A stretch of DNA of 64,000 nt, from positions 1-64,000 of the forward strand of contig JANQHR010000102.1 of the NCBI GenBank assembly GCA_028282585.1. The letters are read 5' to 3'. The notes beneath the pieces are model-generated. The model made no database searches, was not told where the DNA came from, and saw nothing but the letters and a program-made list of their open reading frames with translations. The translations under genes and the position numbers were made by a program. Source of the stretch: Bacteroidales bacterium. Lineage in GTDB: Bacteria > Bacteroidota > Bacteroidia > Bacteroidales > UBA12077. Of the stretch, positions 10,889-20,093 are shown in pieces (within the stretch, counting starts at the first letter, position 1; the number at the start of each line of letters is the position of its first letter).

Positions 10889-11854
10889 CTATAATTTACT
10901 TTTAATATAATCCCAAACTTCTTTGGTCATTTTAGTTCCAATAACCTCAATTACTTTACCAGCACATAAAGAACCAATTTGCCCACACTTATACAAAGGC
11001 ATATTATAAGTTAAACCATATAAAAATCCGGATGCATAAAGGTCACCTGCTCCCGTGGTATCAACAGGTTTTGCTTCTATAGGATCAATTCTATAAACTT
11101 TTCCCTCACTTTTTATAAGAGAACCTTTTTTCCCAATTTTTACAATTGCAATTTCACATTGCTCAGCTAACTCATTTAATGAATCTTCCGGTTCTTTCCC
11201 TGTAAAAGCTTTTGACTCTTCTTCGTTCGCAAATACGATATGGACATGATTTTTTACATAATCTCTAAGAAATTCCAGATTATCCTCAACAACATTGAAA
11301 CTTGCCATATCAATAGATATTTTCATATTATTTGCCTTGGATAATTCAGCAGCCTTTAGCATTAAATCATGGTTTAAGGCTAAATAACCTTCAATATGTA
11401 AAATATGGTAATCCTTAAATTGCTCATTAGTAAGATCTGCATCGTTCAACTCAATTGCTGCACCTAAATATGTTGCAAAAGTTCTTTCAGAATCTTTAGA
11501 AATCATTGCCATTGCTCTGCCTGTATCAACTCTTCCTTTTAGCAGAAATGGTTCAATATTATGTTCTTTCATATCAAGACTAAAGAATTCTCCAAATTTA
11601 TCATCGCCGACTTTACCAATGTAGCCAGCACTGCCGCCTAAGCTGGCAATTCCATGAATAGTATTTGCCGCCGAACCACCCGATGATTGAGATTTCTCAA
11701 AATCTTCGGTGGCTTTATTTATTTGTTCTGCAAAATCTCTCTCAGATAATTGCATACTTCCTTTCTTTAAAGAGAATTTTTCTAAAGTTGAATCATCCGG
11801 TAATTGGATCATTATATCAACCAATGCATTTCCTAATCCTAATACTTTCGTCAT
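10889..11854 (-). CDS. PfkB-family carbohydrate/adenosine kinase
   Basis: GLGNALVD, SGGSAANT, DTTGAGDLYASGF. Confidence 0.9.
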   Translation of the reverse strand: MTKVLGLGNALVDIMIQLPDDSTLEKFSLKKGSMQLSERDFAEQINKATEDFEKSQSSGGSAANTIHGIASLGGSAGYIGKVGDDKFGEFFSLDMKEHNIEPFLLKGRVDTGRAMAMISKDSERTFATYLGAAIELNDADLTNEQFKDYHILHIEGYLALNHDLMLKAAELSKANNMKISIDMASFNVVEDNLEFLRDYVKNHVHIVFANEEESKAFTGKEPEDSLNELAEQCEIAIVKIGKKGSLIKSEGKVYRIDPIEAKPVDTTGAGDLYASGFLYGLTYNMPLYKCGQIGSLCAGKVIEVIGTKMTKEVWDYIKSKL

Positions 11855-11881
11855 TACAATTTATTTGATTTAAAAACTTTG

Positions 11882-11889
11882 CAAAAATA
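11882..11889 (-). promoter_or_regulatory. Bacteroidota -7 promoter box for the PfkB kinase
   Basis: TATTTTTG on minus strand (TAnnTTTG) about 30 bp upstream of the start. Confidence 0.55.
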
Positions 11890-11948
11890 ATAAGATTATT
11901 AAAAGATTATCAGCCAATTGAAAACAAATTATCAAAAAGTCATAAATA

Positions 11949-11982
11949 AATTTGGTTTATTTTATAAACTAGTTTACATTTG
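11949..11982 (+). promoter_or_regulatory. Promoter (-33 TTTG / -7 TACATTTG) overlapping palindromic operator, copy 1
   Basis: TTTG 11951-54, 20-nt spacer, TACATTTG 11975-82; dyad GTTTAT-TTT-ATAAAC 11955-69 lies between the boxes. Confidence 0.75.
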
Positions 11983-12013
11983 TTTGAAATAAATTTTAAA
12001 CAGTAATATAAAA

Positions 12014-12589
12014 ATGGAAAAAGATTTAAAACCAGAGGAAAGTTTGAAGATCATTAATGATATGATCTCCTCGGCTAAAATTAACTTAAAAGAACATAAT
12101 TTTCACATTTTGTTCTGGGGATACACAATCGCTCTTATCAGCTTAACGCACTTTATCACAGATTACTTTATGCTTTTAAGCAAACCGGAAATTGTTTGGT
12201 TTCTTGTAATACCAGGTATATTCATTAGTGCAATTTATGGTTATAGAACCGGTAGAAGAAAGAAAACATTTTCCCATATAAATCGGATAAATTCTTTAAC
12301 CTGGATTGCTTTTATTATTAGTTATATAATCATAATTATCTTTGGTAAAGAAGTAAACTATAATATTTCCGAACTTATTTTTGTATTGGTAGGAATGGCC
12401 ACTTTTATTTCTGGTACAGTTCTAAAATTCCGCCCTTTAATGTTTGGCGCCATAGTATTTTGGATTGGTTCTATAATCTGCTTTATTATTCCTCATATCT
12501 ATGTAACGTTAGTAGGTTTCTTTATTGTTATCTTAGGATTTTTAGTTCCGGGCTATATGCTAAAAAATTATTCGAAGAAAAATGCTTAA
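12014..12589 (+). CDS. Multi-pass (about 6 TM) membrane protein, typical partner of HTH_34 regulators
   Basis: EESLKIINDMI N-terminus, FWG motif, hydrophobic helices, VPGY C-terminus; overlaps regulator start. Confidence 0.75.
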   Translation: MEKDLKPEESLKIINDMISSAKINLKEHNFHILFWGYTIALISLTHFITDYFMLLSKPEIVWFLVIPGIFISAIYGYRTGRRKKTFSHINRINSLTWIAFIISYIIIIIFGKEVNYNISELIFVLVGMATFISGTVLKFRPLMFGAIVFWIGSIICFIIPHIYVTLVGFFIVILGFLVPGYMLKNYSKKNA

Positions 12590-12866
12590 AAAATTAAATC
12601 CATTATTACACTCTGAACTGCGTTTAGCAATTATGTCGCTTTTGGTTTCGATGCAAAAAGCAGAGTTTACTTTAATTAAAGAAAAAACAGAAGCAACTGC
12701 GGGAAACCTGAGCGTGCAAATTACTAAACTAGAAGAGGCAGGCTACCTAAGAGTAGAAAAAGGTTTTAAAGGGAAAATGCCGCAAACTATCTGTATAATA
12801 ACAAAAGTAGGGATTGAAGCTTTTGAGCAATACGTTGAAGATTTAAAAGAATATTTGAAACTATAA
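12582..12866 (+). CDS. Winged-helix transcriptional regulator (HTH_34, MarR/ArsR-like)
   Basis: LHSELRLAIMSLL, TAGNLSVQITKLEEAGY, KGFKGKMPQT, GIEAFEQY. Confidence 0.9.
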   Translation: MLKKLNPLLHSELRLAIMSLLVSMQKAEFTLIKEKTEATAGNLSVQITKLEEAGYLRVEKGFKGKMPQTICIITKVGIEAFEQYVEDLKEYLKL

Positions 12867-12876
12867 TTTTTTTATG

Positions 12877-12909
12877 AATTTAGTTTATTTTATAAACTAG
12901 TTTACATTT
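12877..12909 (+). promoter_or_regulatory. Operator copy 2 upstream of the TPR/TonB receptor genes
   Basis: AATTTAGTTTATTTTATAAACTAGTTTACATTT matches 11949-11981 at 32 of 33 positions. Confidence 0.75.
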
Positions 12910-12920
12910 AGATTAGCAAG

Positions 12921-12950
12921 ATTGATCAAACGAATGGCAAAATTGATCAA
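12921..12950 (+). promoter_or_regulatory. Direct repeat ATTGATCAA with 21-bp period, possible LytTR-type site
   Basis: ATTGATCAA at 12921 and 12942. Confidence 0.4.
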
Positions 12951-12980
12951 CACTAAAATAATAAACGAACATAATTTTGA

Positions 12981-13032
12981 ACCTGTCTGCTGATTTAACT
13001 GCTATTAGGTAGTTTGACAGGGGCAGGCAGGT
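12981..13032. repeat. CCTGCC/GGCAGG-type palindromic element
   Basis: ACCTGTCTGC ... GCAGGCAGGT terminal arms; related hairpins at about 15954-15978, 20766 and 54208-54242. Confidence 0.6.
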
Positions 13033-13057
13033 TATAAATCACTAAATTAATATAGAA

Positions 13058-13807
13058 ATGAGAACACTAGCAAAAATTTTATCAATCAGCATTTTAGTAT
13101 TTAATGTAAATCAATTAAATGCACAAGAAAACAAATTAAAACAATGGGAACAAAGAGCTTTCCAGGCATATGAAAACTCCAGCATTTTTATGTGGAAACA
13201 ATTGGCTACACAAGCTAACCAAACTCTATCTAAAGAAAATGCAGATAAAGAATCTAAAATCGCTGCTATTAAATTAAAGTATGGACTCTTGTATAGTTGT
13301 CTTTCAAACAAAGATAAAGATACCTACGAACAACATATAGAAAAAACCTTGGAGCAAATGGATGTTTTATTGAAACAATATCCAAACTCATCTGACCTAC
13401 ACAGTATTTCAGCAGCATTAATGAGCATACAAATGGGTTTTACACCTATGAAAGGCATGACACTGGGGTCATTAAGCGAAAAACACATTGACCAATCAAT
13501 AAAGTTGGATTCTCTTAGTGCAATGGCATGGAGACAATATGCCAATTCAAAATATTTTACTCCTAAAATGTGGGGCGGTGATATTGAAGAAGCTATTAAA
13601 AAATATGAATTTTCCATAAAACTTTATGAAAAACAGAATCTAACACAAGATTGGACCTATGTCGATGCAATTATATGGTTAGGAATTGCTTATAGAAAAG
13701 TTGGTAAAACGGAAGAAGCCAAAGCTGCTTTTGAGAAAGCACTGACTATTGCCCCTGAATTTGGATGGGTTAAAAACCAGTTATTACCAAGCGTATCACA
13801 ACTTTAA
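13058..13807 (+). CDS. Secreted tetratricopeptide-repeat protein
   Basis: Signal peptide (LNA-Q); C-terminal TPR WLGIAYRKVGKTEEAKAAFEKALTIAP. Confidence 0.8.
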   Translation: MRTLAKILSISILVFNVNQLNAQENKLKQWEQRAFQAYENSSIFMWKQLATQANQTLSKENADKESKIAAIKLKYGLLYSCLSNKDKDTYEQHIEKTLEQMDVLLKQYPNSSDLHSISAALMSIQMGFTPMKGMTLGSLSEKHIDQSIKLDSLSAMAWRQYANSKYFTPKMWGGDIEEAIKKYEFSIKLYEKQNLTQDWTYVDAIIWLGIAYRKVGKTEEAKAAFEKALTIAPEFGWVKNQLLPSVSQL

Positions 13808-13817
13808 AATATCAAAA

Positions 13818-15941
13818 ATGAAACAATTTTTAGGGGTTATCCTGCTTAGTTGCATTGCTTCAGGACTATTGTCTCAGCAAACTGTAAAAGGGGTTATTCT
13901 GGACGCTGAAAATAATGAACCTCTACCTGGAGCAAATATATTTTTATACAGAGATTGGAGTATTGGATCGACCACCAATGCAAACGGAGCATTCGAACTT
14001 AAAATAACAAATCTAAAATCTGATGACACTTTAATTGTAAGTTACGTTGGATATAAAGAAGCTCACGTCCCGGTCACTAAATCAGATAAAGAATTAACCA
14101 TTCGTTTAGAGGCGTTTGCGCATATGTTAGAAGCTTCTGTTGTAACGGCAAGGCGAATTATTGCTGAGGAATTCACAGTTAAACAAATAAAACAAATGGA
14201 TATTTATCTGAATCCAGCAGCGAAAGCAGATCCTCTATTGGCTATAAATGCTATGCCTGCTTCAACAACAACAGATGAATCTGCGAGCATAAGTTTACGC
14301 GGAAGCCGACCAGATGAAACCGGAATCTATCTGAATGACGTTCCGATTTATGATGCAATTCGGTTTTCCCAACTAAATGGAATAGGTACGTTTAGTATTT
14401 TTAATACTGATATAATTGAACGAATGCACGTTTTTGCCGGAAATCCTCCGTTGGAATATGGTAATTCAGCTTCAGGGCTAGTAAGTTTACAAACCAATAA
14501 TCAGGTCCCAGATAGTCCGTCCAATACTATTGCTCTTTCGTTAGCAAATTTTGGAGCATTAACATCACGGAAATTAGGTGATAAAACTGCAATGGTTGCG
14601 TTTGGAAATTATCAGCCATCTCAAATATTTACAGGTATAAATCAAGATGCTATGCGTGATTTGGAAAGTTTCAATTCTTATGATCTTGGTTTACATGTAA
14701 TACATAATTTAAGCTCTAATTTGAGATTTAAGTTATTCAATTACAGCAACGTGGAAGGTTACGAATTCAATACAAGGGTTCCTAGTTATACAGGCATTTT
14801 TGATATGTACAAAAGGCGGAATTATACCATAGCCAACTTTATCTCACAACAAGAAAATGGAGAAATTACCTTAAACGGAGGGTATAACATTAGTCAGGAA
14901 GGCTATCAATATAGTATAACAGACATAGATGTAAATAAACAGGACTTGTATTTTTCTGCAACATATCAGCATTTCTTTGATAAATGGAGTATAAAAGGTG
15001 GTGGTTCGTATGATTATCGAATCAATAACTCAAAAGGGGCAAGACCTATTTATGATTATGCACAGGATATGAATCACCCAACAGTTACATTTGATGCTAT
15101 TGAGGAATACAATCTACCCGAATTCTTTATTTACAGCAAATTTAATTTAACCGACAACCTGATTTTTGGAACCGGAGTTAGAAAGAATTTAGTAATCGGA
15201 AACATACCCAACTATTTAAGCTATCAGGGTAATCTGAATTATAAGATCAAAGAAAAACATAATTTCAATTTATCGGCTGGGCATTATAACCGTTTGGCAA
15301 TGCCTAATGCTCAAGATTATGAAATTACGCATTATGAGTCGAACCAGTATTCGTTGGATTATACATTTAACAATAGCCGTTTTGAATTACAAACTTCCGT
15401 TTTTAAGAAAAATGTTTTTCATAGCGATTATGAGGATGATATTGTTGGGGGAGAATTGTATACTAAAATAAATATCAAGCCCATTGAATTTCAGTTTTCT
15501 ATAACCAGCTTAAATGTAGAAATAAAAAATGATTCTGAAACATATCCGTCTGATTATGATCTAGACTATTTTGTACGCTCAACTCTAAAATATAGTGTTA
15601 AAGATGTTTTCGAAATAAGTACAATTTATATTTTCAGGCAAGGGAGTTATTACAGACCTGTAAGTACGGGTTATTTAGACATTGAAACACAAGCTTATTA
15701 TCCGGTTTATGAGGATTGGGATAATGCAAAACGCTTACCCGACTATCATAAAATTGATGTTTCGATCTCGAAATATTGGGTATTAAATAGTAAACTTGCC
15801 CTGGTATTATATACCAATGTCAGTAATTTACTAAATACCGATAATGTTATGGAAGTAAACTATAATTCGGATTATTCAGCAAGTTTTAACGAGCTTTATT
15901 CGGAACGTTCTATATATTTTGGAGCGAGTATCATCTTCTAA
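13818..15941 (+). CDS. TonB-dependent receptor with N-terminal carboxypeptidase-regulatory-like domain
   Basis: Probable start MKQFLGVILL (ATG 13818); EPLPGANI, SYVGY, plug SISLRGS, RLPDYHKIDV, NLLN, C-terminal Phe. Confidence 0.88.
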   Translation: MKQFLGVILLSCIASGLLSQQTVKGVILDAENNEPLPGANIFLYRDWSIGSTTNANGAFELKITNLKSDDTLIVSYVGYKEAHVPVTKSDKELTIRLEAFAHMLEASVVTARRIIAEEFTVKQIKQMDIYLNPAAKADPLLAINAMPASTTTDESASISLRGSRPDETGIYLNDVPIYDAIRFSQLNGIGTFSIFNTDIIERMHVFAGNPPLEYGNSASGLVSLQTNNQVPDSPSNTIALSLANFGALTSRKLGDKTAMVAFGNYQPSQIFTGINQDAMRDLESFNSYDLGLHVIHNLSSNLRFKLFNYSNVEGYEFNTRVPSYTGIFDMYKRRNYTIANFISQQENGEITLNGGYNISQEGYQYSITDIDVNKQDLYFSATYQHFFDKWSIKGGGSYDYRINNSKGARPIYDYAQDMNHPTVTFDAIEEYNLPEFFIYSKFNLTDNLIFGTGVRKNLVIGNIPNYLSYQGNLNYKIKEKHNFNLSAGHYNRLAMPNAQDYEITHYESNQYSLDYTFNNSRFELQTSVFKKNVFHSDYEDDIVGGELYTKINIKPIEFQFSITSLNVEIKNDSETYPSDYDLDYFVRSTLKYSVKDVFEISTIYIFRQGSYYRPVSTGYLDIETQAYYPVYEDWDNAKRLPDYHKIDVSISKYWVLNSKLALVLYTNVSNLLNTDNVMEVNYNSDYSASFNELYSERSIYFGASIIF

Positions 15942-15942
15942 A

Positions 15943-16201
15943 GTCATTGCGAACTTTGCCTGCAACCAGCAGGCAAGGTGAAGCAATCTTTATATTTCTT
16001 TCGACAAGTCTCTCCATTCAGGATTAATATTATTTATTAATAACTCTTTTTCTTTCTTAAGCCTGCTTTTATTTGTTAGAATGTATGTGTATCCACCAGT
16101 TTGCTTATACATGAATCTTTTTGGAATAGAATGTTCAATTCAAAATAACTGAAGCAACCTAATAAAAGATTGCTTCAGTCGTTTCACTCCTTCGCAATGA
16201 C
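15943..16201. mobile_element. REP-like element with inverted termini enclosing an internally deleted GIY-YIG gene
   Basis: Left GTCATTGCGA...GAAGCAATCT (15943-15989); right AGATTGCTTC...TCGCAATGAC (16167-16201); sits between two convergent stop codons. Confidence 0.75.
15990..16112 (-). pseudogene. Internally deleted GIY-YIG nuclease (40 aa)
   Basis: Translated by hand: MYKQTGGYTYILTNK-SRLKKEKELLINNINPEWRDLSKEI*; has the N-terminal YxYILTN and C-terminal NPEWxDL of short GIY-YIG proteins but lacks the YIG/catalytic middle. Confidence 0.8.
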
Positions 16202-16204
16202 TAA

Positions 16205-17155
16205 TTATAATAACTCGTTCAATTTAGCAATCACATTTTTTTCTATTCTTCCCATTACCTCACTTGCATCAGCTTTCTGGAATTTATCACCAGCAATGCT
16301 TTCGTATAATTCAATATATCTTTCTGATACCTGGTTTACAAATTCTTCTGGCATTTCAGGTATTTGCTGGCCTTCTTCTCCTTTAAATCCCTTATCCATT
16401 AACCATTCACGTACAAACTCTTTTGATAACTGCTTTTGGTTTTCGCCTTTGTCTTGCCTTTCCTGGTAGCCATCTAAATAGAAATAACGGGATGAATCCG
16501 GTGTATGGATTTCATCAATCAAATAAATCTGTCCATCTTTTTTACCAAATTCGTATTTAGTATCAACTAAAATTAATCCCATTTTTTCAGCAATTTCGCT
16601 TCCTCTTTTGAATAATTCCAAAGAATATTTTTCAAGCATCAAATAATCTTCTTCAGATACTAACCCTTGTTTAATAATTTCTTCTCTTGAAATATTTTCA
16701 TCATGCCCTACCTCAGCCTTAGTAGTTGGAGTTAAGATAGGCTCAGGGAAACGCTGGTGCTCAACCAAACCTTCCGGTAATGAAACTCCGCAAATTTCAC
16801 GCCCTCCGTTTTTATATAAACGCCAAGAACTTCCTGTTAAATAACCTCTTACGATCATTTCAACTGGAAATGGATCAACATAGTGTCCTATTGTAACCAT
16901 TGGGTCCGGAACGTTAATTTTCCAATTAGGAACAATATCTGCAGTTGCATCTAAAAATTTGTCAGCTATTTGGTTTAAAACTTGTCCTTTGTAAGGGATA
17001 CCCTTTGGCAATACTACGTCGAATGCAGAAATTCGATCACTAACAACCATTACCAAATATTCATCGTTGATGTTATATACATCACGAACCTTACCATGAT
17101 AAACATCCTTTTGTTTAGGAAAATTAAAATCGGTTCTTACTACTGCGTCTGCCAT
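16205..17155 (-). CDS. purC: Phosphoribosylaminoimidazole-succinocarboxamide (SAICAR) synthase
   Basis: [36 protein letters not shown]. Confidence 0.97.
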   Translation of the reverse strand: MADAVVRTDFNFPKQKDVYHGKVRDVYNINDEYLVMVVSDRISAFDVVLPKGIPYKGQVLNQIADKFLDATADIVPNWKINVPDPMVTIGHYVDPFPVEMIVRGYLTGSSWRLYKNGGREICGVSLPEGLVEHQRFPEPILTPTTKAEVGHDENISREEIIKQGLVSEEDYLMLEKYSLELFKRGSEIAEKMGLILVDTKYEFGKKDGQIYLIDEIHTPDSSRYFYLDGYQERQDKGENQKQLSKEFVREWLMDKGFKGEEGQQIPEMPEEFVNQVSERYIELYESIAGDKFQKADASEVMGRIEKNVIAKLNELL

Positions 17156-17184
17156 ATTTCTAAGTATTAAAAATTAATATATAA

Positions 17185-18168
17185 TTATTTATTATTCACT
17201 TTATTTTCACCGTTACCATTATCTACATCCAGACTTTTATAAGCATCTACAATATATTTCACCAGGTGGTGCCTGATAATATCCCGTTCATCAAAATAAA
17301 CGGCCGAAATACCTTTAACATCTTTCAGTATTTTAAGTGCCTGAACCAAACCTGATTTGCTTTTGGGGCGTAAATCAATTTGTGTTGTATCGCCGGTAAC
17401 AATAAATTTAGCATTCTTACCCATTCGTGTTAAAAACATTTTTAATTGGTTTACAGTTGTGTTTTGCGCCTCATCTAAAATTACAAAAGCATTATCCAAG
17501 GTTCTACCTCTCATGTAAGCTAATGGTGCAATTTCAATAATTCCATCTTCAATCAACTCCGTCAGTTTTCTTGGATGGATCATATCCATCAATGCATCGT
17601 ATAATGGGCGTAAATATGGGTCAAGTTTTTCCTTTAAATCACCCGGCAAAAATCCTAAATTCTCTCCGGCCTCAACAGCTGGTCGCGTTAAAATAATTCT
17701 TTTAACCTCTTTATTTTTGAATGCCTTTACTGCTAAAGCGATAGCTGTATAGGTTTTTCCCGAACCAGCAGGCCCAACTGCAAATAATAAATCGTTTGTT
17801 TCATAGTCATCAACCAGTTTTTGTTGGTTTATTGTACGAGCACGAATAGGCCTTCCACTATTACTATAAATCAATGCATCATCAGTTTCTTCTTTTCTTT
17901 TAAGCATTGAAATACCTTCACCCTTTATCAAGGCTTTAAATTCATCATCATCTAGCTTTTTAAATTTTAGAAAATATTCAATCAATAATTGAAGTTTTTC
18001 TTCAAACTCGTTAATCAGATGCTCCTCTCCCTTTACCTTGATCTCGTCTCCTCTACCAATGATTTTTAATTTCGGATAACGCTGCTTTAAAATATCCAGT
18101 CGCGAATTTTTTACTCCATATATGTTTACTGGCTCAATACCTTCTAAGTAGATTACTTTTTCTATCAT
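17185..18168 (-). CDS. phoH: PhoH-family ATPase
   Basis: GPAGSGKT, LTRPAVEAGENLGFLPG, YMRGRTL, DEAQN, GDTTQIDL. Confidence 0.95.
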   Translation of the reverse strand: MIEKVIYLEGIEPVNIYGVKNSRLDILKQRYPKLKIIGRGDEIKVKGEEHLINEFEEKLQLLIEYFLKFKKLDDDEFKALIKGEGISMLKRKEETDDALIYSNSGRPIRARTINQQKLVDDYETNDLLFAVGPAGSGKTYTAIALAVKAFKNKEVKRIILTRPAVEAGENLGFLPGDLKEKLDPYLRPLYDALMDMIHPRKLTELIEDGIIEIAPLAYMRGRTLDNAFVILDEAQNTTVNQLKMFLTRMGKNAKFIVTGDTTQIDLRPKSKSGLVQALKILKDVKGISAVYFDERDIIRHHLVKYIVDAYKSLDVDNGNGENKVNNK

Positions 18169-18226
18169 ACAGTTTTTTTAATCAACGCTTAATTTTAGTC
18201 TGTGTATTCCTTTAAATATCAATACA

Positions 18227-18234
18227 CAAAGGTA
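18227..18234 (-). promoter_or_regulatory. -7 promoter box for phoH-purC
   Basis: TACCTTTG on minus strand. Confidence 0.5.
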
Positions 18235-18370
18235 AAACATCTGATTTTAGATTCATCGAAAATAAAGAAAAATATTTTGATGCCAATTCTAAAAACAGAC
18301 GAGTTGCCATAAAGTTTTAAACAAAATAGTTAATTATTTTAACGTATCTTCAAAATCTGCAATAATCCTT

Positions 18371-18378
18371 TAACTTTG
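18371..18378 (+). promoter_or_regulatory. -7 promoter box for the DUF62 gene and mazG
   Basis: TAACTTTG about 35 bp upstream of ATG 18413. Confidence 0.55.
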
Positions 18379-18412
18379 TATTTTAAATAAAATCCTGAGT
18401 GTTTTAATTTTT

Positions 18413-19183
18413 ATGCCAGTAATTACCTTAACAACAGACTGGAGCAAAGACGACTTCTATTTAGGAGCTGTAAAAGGTCAAATTTACAGTAACCTTTCCG
18501 ATGCAATTATTGTTGATATTACACATAAGGTAAAGCCTTTTAACATTTACCAGGCAGCATTTATTTTAAAAAACTCATACAAGTTTTACCCTAAAGGTAG
18601 TGTACATATTATAGGTGTAAAAACTGAAGCATTTAAAGATCAAAAATACCTGGCCGCAGAATATGATGGGCAATATTTTCTAGGAACTGATAATGGTATT
18701 TTTAGTCTAATTTTCAACGATGATGATTCAGTTAAGTATATCTCTATTAATGAAAAAAGAAGTAGTTTCCCTGTTTTGGATGTTTTTTCGAAAATAGCCT
18801 GTAGATTGGCGCAAGGAGAAAAATATGAAAAATTAGGAGAAACCATAAGTGAAATTGAAAGAAGGGTACCATTGCGTGCTACAATTGAAGAAAACGTTAT
18901 TTCCGGCAGTGTAGTTTATATTGACTCATTTCAGAATGCCATTACCAATGTTTCTGAAAATTTATTTAAACGTGTTGGAAATGGAAAACCTTTCAAAATT
19001 TTTGTTCAGAGCAACCATTACGTGATCTCGAGAATAAATAAAACATACCAGGAAACATCGGTAGGTGAATTACTGGCTATTTTCAATTCCTTGGATTTAC
19101 TGGAGATTGCTATAAACGGAGGAAATGCTGCTGAATTACTGAACTTAGATACAAATTCAAGTATTAGAATAAAGTTTCAATAA
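18413..19183 (+). CDS. SAM hydroxide adenosyltransferase/halogenase (DUF62) family protein
   Basis: ITLTTD, IVDITH, GTDNGIFS, YIDSFQNAITN, LEIAINGGNAA. Confidence 0.88.
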   Translation: MPVITLTTDWSKDDFYLGAVKGQIYSNLSDAIIVDITHKVKPFNIYQAAFILKNSYKFYPKGSVHIIGVKTEAFKDQKYLAAEYDGQYFLGTDNGIFSLIFNDDDSVKYISINEKRSSFPVLDVFSKIACRLAQGEKYEKLGETISEIERRVPLRATIEENVISGSVVYIDSFQNAITNVSENLFKRVGNGKPFKIFVQSNHYVISRINKTYQETSVGELLAIFNSLDLLEIAINGGNAAELLNLDTNSSIRIKFQ

Positions 19184-19258
19184 TATAAGTTCCGGGCAAA
19201 ATACCTCAAGCTTTTAAGGTTGAAATTTCAATAATACTCAACTATTGATAAAAAGAAA

Positions 19259-20032
19259 ATGAAAAAAGAACTGGAAGCATTCGAACGTCTGTTAGAGATT
19301 ATGGATGAATTAAGAGAAAAATGTCCCTGGGACCGCAAGCAAACACTCGAATCTTTAAGGACATTAACGATTGAGGAAACTTACGAATTGGCTGATGCGA
19401 TTATTAAAAACGACCTCAATGAGCTAAAAAAGGAGTTGGGAGATTTGTTGCTTCATATCGTATTTTATGCTAAAATAGGTTCGGAAAAAAAAGCTTTTAA
19501 TATATCAGATGTATTGGACGGAATTAATGAAAAACTTATACGCCGCCACCCGCATGTTTTTGGTGATGTAAAAGTTCAAAGCCCTAAAGAAGTGGAAGAA
19601 AACTGGGAAGAAATTAAGATGAAAGAAAAAGACAGGAACAATTCCGTTTTGTCCGGAGTTCCAGAATCGCTTCCTGCCTTGGTAAAGGCAAATCGCATAC
19701 AGCAAAAAGTCAGGGGTGTTGGTTTCGATTGGGATGAACGCAGCCAGATTTGGGATAAGGTGAAAGAAGAATTAACTGAGCTTCAGGAAGAAGTAAAAAC
19801 TGAAAACCAAACAAAAGTAGAAGCTGAATTTGGCGACTTGTTTTTCTCTTTGATAAATGCTGCGCGCTTATATGATATCGACCCGGAAATTGCGCTGGAA
19901 CGAACCAATAAAAAATTTGTTAAGCGGTTTAACTACCTGGAAGAACAAACTATAAAAAAAGGGCGTTCACTAAAAGAAATGAATTTGGATGAGATGAACG
20001 AAGTCTGGGAAGCAGCAAAGAAGTTTGATTAA
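19259..20032 (+). CDS. mazG: Nucleoside triphosphate pyrophosphohydrolase MazG
   Basis: CPWDRKQT, EETYEL, ELGDLL, RRHPHVFG, EFGDLFF. Confidence 0.96.
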   Translation: MKKELEAFERLLEIMDELREKCPWDRKQTLESLRTLTIEETYELADAIIKNDLNELKKELGDLLLHIVFYAKIGSEKKAFNISDVLDGINEKLIRRHPHVFGDVKVQSPKEVEENWEEIKMKEKDRNNSVLSGVPESLPALVKANRIQQKVRGVGFDWDERSQIWDKVKEELTELQEEVKTENQTKVEAEFGDLFFSLINAARLYDIDPEIALERTNKKFVKRFNYLEEQTIKKGRSLKEMNLDEMNEVWEAAKKFD

Positions 20033-20093
20033 TTTTTTAATACTTGGATACACAAACCTTTCTTCATTTTATGATAATTGGCAAAAAATATTC

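Noticed and set aside
13749-13817. ORF-track start of the TonB receptor
   Set aside because: Overlaps the TPR gene; the signal peptide begins at ATG 13818
16170-16469. 99-aa ORF starting in the REP right end
   Set aside because: Antisense shadow of purC
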